A stretch of DNA of 20,000 bases from an uncultured virus (IMG/VR IMGVR_UViG_3300031758_000059) (lineage: Duplodnaviria; Heunggongvirae; Uroviricota; Caudoviricetes; Crassvirales): IMG/VR virus record IMGVR_UViG_3300031758_000059. One strand, 5' to 3'. Below, in pieces: positions 16,101 to 20,000 of the stretch (within the stretch, counting starts at the first letter, position 1; every line of letters starts with the position of its first letter). The notes beneath the pieces were generated by a model, which was not told the origin of the DNA, ran no database searches, and saw only the letters and a list, made by a program, of their open reading frames with translations. Position numbers and translations under genes: made by a program.

Positions 16101-19100
16101 AGTTAGGAATTGCTAATACATTGTTCCCATATCCATAAACTCTTTCATGTCTGCTTGTTCCAACAAGATGCAAAGTTCTGCTTGGAGCAGTAGTTCCAAT
16201 ACCTATATATCCTGTGCTTCCTTGTAAATAAAATCTCTGAGTTCCACTAACTCTTAAAGATATGTTTTGTGCAGTACTTGGAACATTTATGTAAGAATCT
16301 CCTGCAAGGCTTTGAGCTCCAAGATAAAAAAGTGTTTGATTAATACCGGGGTCAACATTTTTAACTGTAAAGTTTCCATAAGCCCCACCTGCAGGATTCA
16401 TCTGAAACTCATAAGTGGTATTAACCGATGATGAGTTTGAAGGCTTGAATGTGCCAATTAATGTAGGGCCACCACCAACAGCTCCTGATATATTCATCAC
16501 ACCTATGTTCGCATCTCCATTAACATGAAGATTTGCTGTAGGAGAACTTGTCCCTACTCCTACATACCCACCATCAGGATTAAGAGCTAAGTGCGCCCAT
16601 GTTGAAGCACTACCTGCATTATCTGTTACCTGTAATTTTACATAGGAATCATTTGAGTATATAGTCATTCCTCTTGTTCCACCGCCACCTCCACCTGTAG
16701 TAAATCGAGCAATGTTATTCCCTACGGCTCCACCATTCACTTCAAGTTTATATCCGGGACTACTTGTATTAATTCCCACATTACCCGAAGAAGTAATACG
16801 CATTTTTTCAGTAGCACCATAAGCAGTGGTAGTTGCAAATGCTAAGTGTCCTGTATTCCAATTCCCATCTCCTGAGTCTCCTGCAAGAATACCATATATA
16901 GCAGCATAGTTATTATTATAACTTCCGCTTGTTGTCCTTGAGCTAAAACTAATTATAGGAGAGAATGAACCAACAGAATAAACATTATTGGTCAAATCAA
17001 GACCTCCTCCTATTGAAGCATTAGAAGTATTTGAAGAGGTAACAGTAATACCTTCAGCGTTAAAAGAATTACCGGTTCCATTTATATATGGTAAACGAGC
17101 CCCTAAATAAGACCCAAGAGTTAAACGAGTTGCAGTAGAAGTTGTGCCAATACCTACATTATTATAAAAAATCACGTCACCCCAAGGCTGAATATCCATT
17201 CTTAATGATGGAGCAGTAGTGGAATTAGATGCGTTTCCTGTAAAGAATCCAATACCTTGTATTGCCCAAGAAGTTTGATTAGTTGGCCTAATTGATGCAG
17301 AGTCTTTTGTGTACGATGTATTCTTCCAAACAATACCATGAGAATAGCCATTTGGTTGTTGAAACACAAGGTCATAGTCAGAAGATATATAAAGACCTCC
17401 ACCTTCAACTTGAAGCTTGTATGTTGGAGCAGTAGTGCCAATACCCACATTACCATCCCCTGTTATACGCATTTTCTCAGTAGCATCGGTTATATTAACA
17501 GTGTTAGCTACGTGAGTATAAAAAGATAGATGGGTAGACCAATCAACGGTATAATTAGTTCTTGAACCTGCAATACCACTCCAATGCACACCTCCACCAC
17601 TACCAAACCATACTCCACTCATTGTATTTTCATTAGTCGTAGAAACTAATGTTAACCCATACATGTTTGAGTTTTTGGTAGCAGTAGTGCTAAATGCAGC
17701 ACCACTTGTTTGTATAGTTGTTCCTATGTTAATTGGCGATGTTGTCCCAATTCCAACATTACCACCGTATTGGAGAACCATCAAATGTGTTGCTCCTGCT
17801 CTAAAGTTTATACTTGTTCCTGAACTACTTGATACAAATTCACCTAATCCTGAAATAAATTGACCTCCTGCCGATAGTGAACCATTTGTATTTAATGTTA
17901 CAATCCCTGCATTTCCTTGTACATCTAACTTATAACCCGGACTACTTGTTCCAATACCTACATTTCCATTAGATGAAACTCTCATTAGTTCACTAAATGT
18001 TCCACCTGTTGCTGAAGAGAAACTATTACCTAATCCAAACAAAAGCTCTCTATTCGCTGACATGATAACATTCGGTCCTGCTACACCTGCGCTATCGTTA
18101 TTACCCATTATGAAGTAAGAAGGACACCCACCACCACTTGCAGGAGCTGCTATTGAAAGACTTCCGCTTGATGGTATACCGCAAACTCCTGTAACATGAA
18201 GATTGGCTACAGGAGCAGAAGTGTTAACCCCCACGTTAGTACCATTATCATAAATGATACTATTGGTAAGAGTATTGGCATCTTGCCATCTCGGCACATA
18301 GTTAGCTGTACCACTACCGTCAACAACACCACCTGCCGTCTCAATGATATTACCTGAAGAGTCAACGGCAAGGTTATATGCTACGGTTCCGGTATAGGAA
18401 CCGCTACCATAAGCATTGAGTAGAATCTGTCTGTTGTTTTTAATGACCGCAGCTTGCAGTCTTGCAGCATTTGTTCCTACCCAAAAGTTAATACCCTGAT
18501 TAGAATCATTATCATAGTTAAAAATGTGCAATCCTCTTGCCGTACTTGTACTTTGATTAAGTCCGGAAAAACCTTTTTTATAATCACCTGCTGAAGGGCT
18601 ATAATCTAAATATATAGAATCTGAATATTCTGCAGTAATACTACCAACAACATGCAGCTTAGTCAAAGGCACTGTTGTACCAATTCCTACATTACCTGCA
18701 ACGGTAATACGCATTCTTTCAGTATCGTTTGTATCAAACGCAAGGTATCTGCTAAGTGGTGCATATAAAGTAATCCTATTTGTGAAACCTAATAGTCCAC
18801 CTACAAATGTGCCTGCTACACTTAGTGCTAATGTTGGGTAAGCTGATGCGTTAATATCTAATGATGTAACATTTGTGCCTGAGTATGGAGTGGTTGTTCC
18901 AATACCCACATTCCCCCCATTGAAATAGGATGAGCCGCTTGAGTTTAAAAATACTCCGGTTGTGCCTGTGCTGTTTTCAACGGTAGCAGTTCCATTACCA
19001 CTCGCATCTTCATATACGTAGAAGATGTTGTTTGTATTAGCGTTTCTTTGAATCGCAAATGGAACACTATTTAGTCCTGCTGACTTTACATGCAATCTAT

Positions 19101-20000
19101 AAGAAGGTGAAGAAGTACCTATTCCGACCAATCCTGAAGCGGTAATCCGCATCTTTTCAGAAGACTGAGTTGTAATCGTAAGATATGTAGAGGAATATAA
19201 ATCAGCATAAGCTCCTCTTGTGCCGTCTTCCCAAGCTAATGTAGCCCTATTATTTGAAGAAGTGTTTTGAGCTGAGATTGCAGTTTGAACGTTAGCAACA
19301 GTACTGTTTAATTGGATATAGTTATGAGTGTTATTGTCCACTTGCAACTTAACCGCAGGGGCTGTTGTCCCAATTCCAACATTTCCTGTAGATGTAACAT
19401 ACAACCTATGACCACCACCTGACTGCCATATTGAAAATCCTATTGAATCATTTATCTGTCCAACTCTCCACTTTTCAACAGACGAAGCATATATCTTTAA
19501 TGAAGCATATCCATTTGTAGAATCAAGACTAAGCTCTGCACCACCGTTTGCTGATTTAAAAAATCCTGAAGAGTCACCGCTTGACCTGTAAACAACCAAA
19601 GCATCACCGGGACTACTCGTTCCAATTCCAACATTACCTGTAGCGGTTATACGCATCCTCTCGGTAGCACTATTATAAAACAACAACGGTATTGCATCTC
19701 CTGTATATAAGTATTGACCTACAGCGTTAATACCAAATAATGCACTACCTAACGTACTTTGTGCTAATAAATAAGCGTCATCTGTATTAAAGGTATTTCT
19801 AACTCTTATAGCAACTCCTGCTGCAGCTTGTATATCTAACTTATATGATGGACCTGCTGTTCCAATACCCACGTTAGTACCATTGTCATAAATAATACTG
19901 TTCTGAATGGTATTAGCATCCTGCCACTTAGCAATGTAATTAGCTGTACCTGTACCATCAACACCGGTAATCTCAGAAAGGCTTACCCAATCAGTACCTG
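13132..20000 (-). CDS. Giant modular tail fibre / adhesin (>2280 aa), 5' end outside window
   Basis: The frame of 13132..19872 stays open to the edge (GTDWVSLSEITGVDGTGTANYIAKWQDANTIQNSIIYDNGTNVGIG), so GTG 19872 is not the true start. G/S/T/N-rich with about 22 GNVGIGT-type units. Confidence 0.88.
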   Translation of the reverse strand, partial: GTDWVSLSEITGVDGTGTANYIAKWQDANTIQNSIIYDNGTNVGIGTAGPSYKLDIQAAAGVAIRVRNTFNTDDAYLLAQSTLGSALFGINAVGQYLYTGDAIPLLFYNSATERMRITATGNVGIGTSSPGDALVVYRSSGDSSGFFKSANGGAELSLDSTNGYASLKIYASSVEKWRVGQINDSIGFSIWQSGGGHRLYVTSTGNVGIGTTAPAVKLQVDNNTHNYIQLNSTVANVQTAISAQNTSSNNRATLAWEDGTRGAYADLYSSTYLTITTQSSEKMRITASGLVGIGTSSPSYRLHVKSAGLNSVPFAIQRNANTNNIFYVYEDASGNGTATVENSTGTTGVFLNSSGSSYFNGGNVGIGTTTPYSGTNVTSLDINASAYPTLALSVAGTFVGGLLGFTNRITLYAPLSRYLAFDTNDTERMRITVAGNVGIGTTVPLTKLHVVGSITAEYSDSIYLDYSPSAGDYKKGFSGLNQSTSTARGLHIFNYDNDSNQGINFWVGTNAARLQAAVIKNNRQILLNAYGSGSYTGTVAYNLAVDSSGNIIETAGGVVDGSGTANYVPRWQDANTLTNSIIYDNGTNVGVNTSAPVANLHVTGVCGIPSSGSLSIAAPASGGGCPSYFIMGNNDSAGVAGPNVIMSANRELLFGLGNSFSSATGGTFSELMRVSSNGNVGIGTSSPGYKLDVQGNAGIVTLNTNGSLSAGGQFISGLGEFVSSSSGTSINFRAGATHLMVLQYGGNVGIGTTSPINIGTTIQTSGAAFSTTATKNSNMYGLTLVSTTNENTMSGVWFGSGGGVHWSGIAGSRTNYTVDWSTHLSFYTHVANTVNITDATEKMRITGDGNVGIGTTAPTYKLQVEGGGLYISSDYDLVFQQPNGYSHGIVWKNTSYTKDSASIRPTNQTSWAIQGIGFFTGNASNSTTAPSLRMDIQPWGDVIFYNNVGIGTTSTATRLTLGSYLGARLPYINGTGNSFNAEGITVTSSNTSNASIGGGLDLTNNVYSVGSFSPIISFSSRTTSGSYNNNYAAIYGILAGDSGDGNWNTGHLAFATTTAYGATEKMRITSSGNVGINTSSPGYKLEVNGGAVGNNIARFTTGGGGGGTRGMTIYSNDSYVKLQVTDNAGSASTWAHLALNPDGGYVGVGTSSPTANLHVNGDANIGVMNISGAVGGGPTLIGTFKPSNSSSVNTTYEFQMNPAGGAYGNFTVKNVDPGINQTLFYLGAQSLAGDSYINVPSTAQNISLRVSGTQRFYLQGSTGYIGIGTTAPSRTLHLVGTSRHERVYGYGNNVLAIPNSITYGTVWVHLGTCGAFTTDKIYYRVNTNTSEEEGEITVSNTCSLPFVQWQRNTYNRMVVQVKARMTGGCGNCEIWVQVLYGSDFLGANTTLQWQAYNGTDSGFSVVNAIGTPGTGTNEKNLSGVEGYFYANSGSIFAADNVGIGTVSPAYKLDVNGTARFLSLGIVQASNNSDVPNITFTNNGGAYTWGIVGALLQGDGDGALYFKTKIGGSVTEKMRITSGGLVGIGTSSPSYTLDVSGAGNMLNINKTSASAGYIANLAVSGSQKQYSYWNGTSLEFGVIGTSYFSSRVGIGTTSPDSILVSNYGTLTTFNSSDIRTTTALLLTANDPGTTSSSHAVSLAFRPITNRGAAATITVYNESTNKEGGAVFTFNSGGGAYPSSITERMRITSAGNVGVATTTPTSKLSVNSAISTSSTNVISIMQNTTGANKDAAVFGVSIQNGGESTNAADLYIGTASGGAISERMRITSGGNVAIGTSAPASKLGINFNGRTVTGLELATVDTDLRPPYYAIRANIPTVRLGSNSVTGVYLSFTETTALANGRATGVLTEVDGSTSININGGIVAIYGRVGTTTAHTTGHAYGVFGLTSNSNTNGFGVVAGIGSDVNWSGKAGLLAYSSNTTDNVALFYNGNGEVARVTGAGLVGIGTTNPTSPLTFGKASYGAPSSEDFFRIKFEDFGGIHNDVGIGQFASGSLGFNVCAGSYIAFNEGTNGERMRIAAGGNVGIGTSGPTAKLTIAISNSSHANEGILLTSSGGYGEGAIYHDYGQGNGLTAFKIRNLYGGSEINLSQDSYSSFGSPSSIIFSTSPISGSNTPVERMRITSTGNVGIGNTNPGDFSGDANTLVLGSTGTTLAGMTIANNTTGTGGIYFADGTDGTNKEYRGYFSYYHGDDSLTIGAGGAGRVSITATATDVFSGNFLVSNGSIKTGTPTGGTAVPWKLGSRITNSCGLPTTYADFAASFMVSNKVIEVEVDGVLVYIPIVNPGWC
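13590..19900 (-). repeat. About 22 dispersed 'E(R/K)MRITxxGNVGIGTxxPxxxLxV' linker repeats separating unrelated modules
   Basis: Counted in the translation. Exact DNA matches include gtaatacgcattctttca (13631-13648 and 18704-18721), tgttgtcccaattccaacatt (17740-17760 and 19363-19383) and gaagaagtacctat (15407-15420 and 19109-19122). Confidence 0.9.

Noticed and set aside
2216..17863. Plus-strand ORFs in the track (e.g. 2216..2593, 6391..6831, 8770..9126, 14702..15091)
   Set aside because: All lie antisense within long, well-supported minus-strand genes and lack recognisable motifs. They are shadow ORFs.
19870..19872. GTG start assigned to the fibre by the ORF track
   Set aside because: The frame is open to the window edge and the codon lies inside a repeat unit. 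The real start is upstream of the window.
13590..19900. CRISPR-like repeat-spacer pattern
   Set aside because: Repeats vary at synonymous positions, are spaced 150-550 bp apart and lie in one open frame. They are protein repeats.
13132..20000. Shufflon or diversity-generating retroelement acting on the fibre
   Set aside because: No recombinase or reverse transcriptase in the window. Repeats are direct, degenerate and in-frame, with no inverted cassettes. The 30/32-nt pair is too short and embedded in coding sequence to be a TR/VR pair.

Overview
The window is the morphogenesis region of a lytic-type tailed phage with crAss-like/podovirus architecture. The host is most likely in the Bacteroidota, based on TAnnTTTG promoters and A-rich leaders without Shine-Dalgarno sites. 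All credible genes are on the minus strand. In transcription order they are: a giant modular tail fibre (>2280 aa, open past the right edge, about 22 'ERMRIT.xGNVGIGTxxP' units), two small fibre-associated proteins, a translationally coupled operon (75-aa protein, double-domain GroES-like co-chaperonin, 2OG-Fe(II) oxygenase, putative TerS, TerL, portal), scaffold, major capsid protein, a 248-aa protein, two putative tail ring/adaptor proteins and a tail stabilization/muzzle-like protein running off the left edge. The most striking unexplained signal is that a manual read of all 20 kb found no GATC, no CTAG and no CCAG/CTGG. That is complete avoidance of GATC and of CYAG/CTRG on both strands, which suggests selection by host sequence-specific defence, including a possible non-palindromic target. 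Also notable are the Cpn20-like tandem GroES, a cleanly inserted AT-rich oxygenase, an ATG-less TerL overlapping TerS, and a shared AATCT-repeat leader upstream of three start codons. Product calls come from motif recognition and synteny only; no database searches were run.
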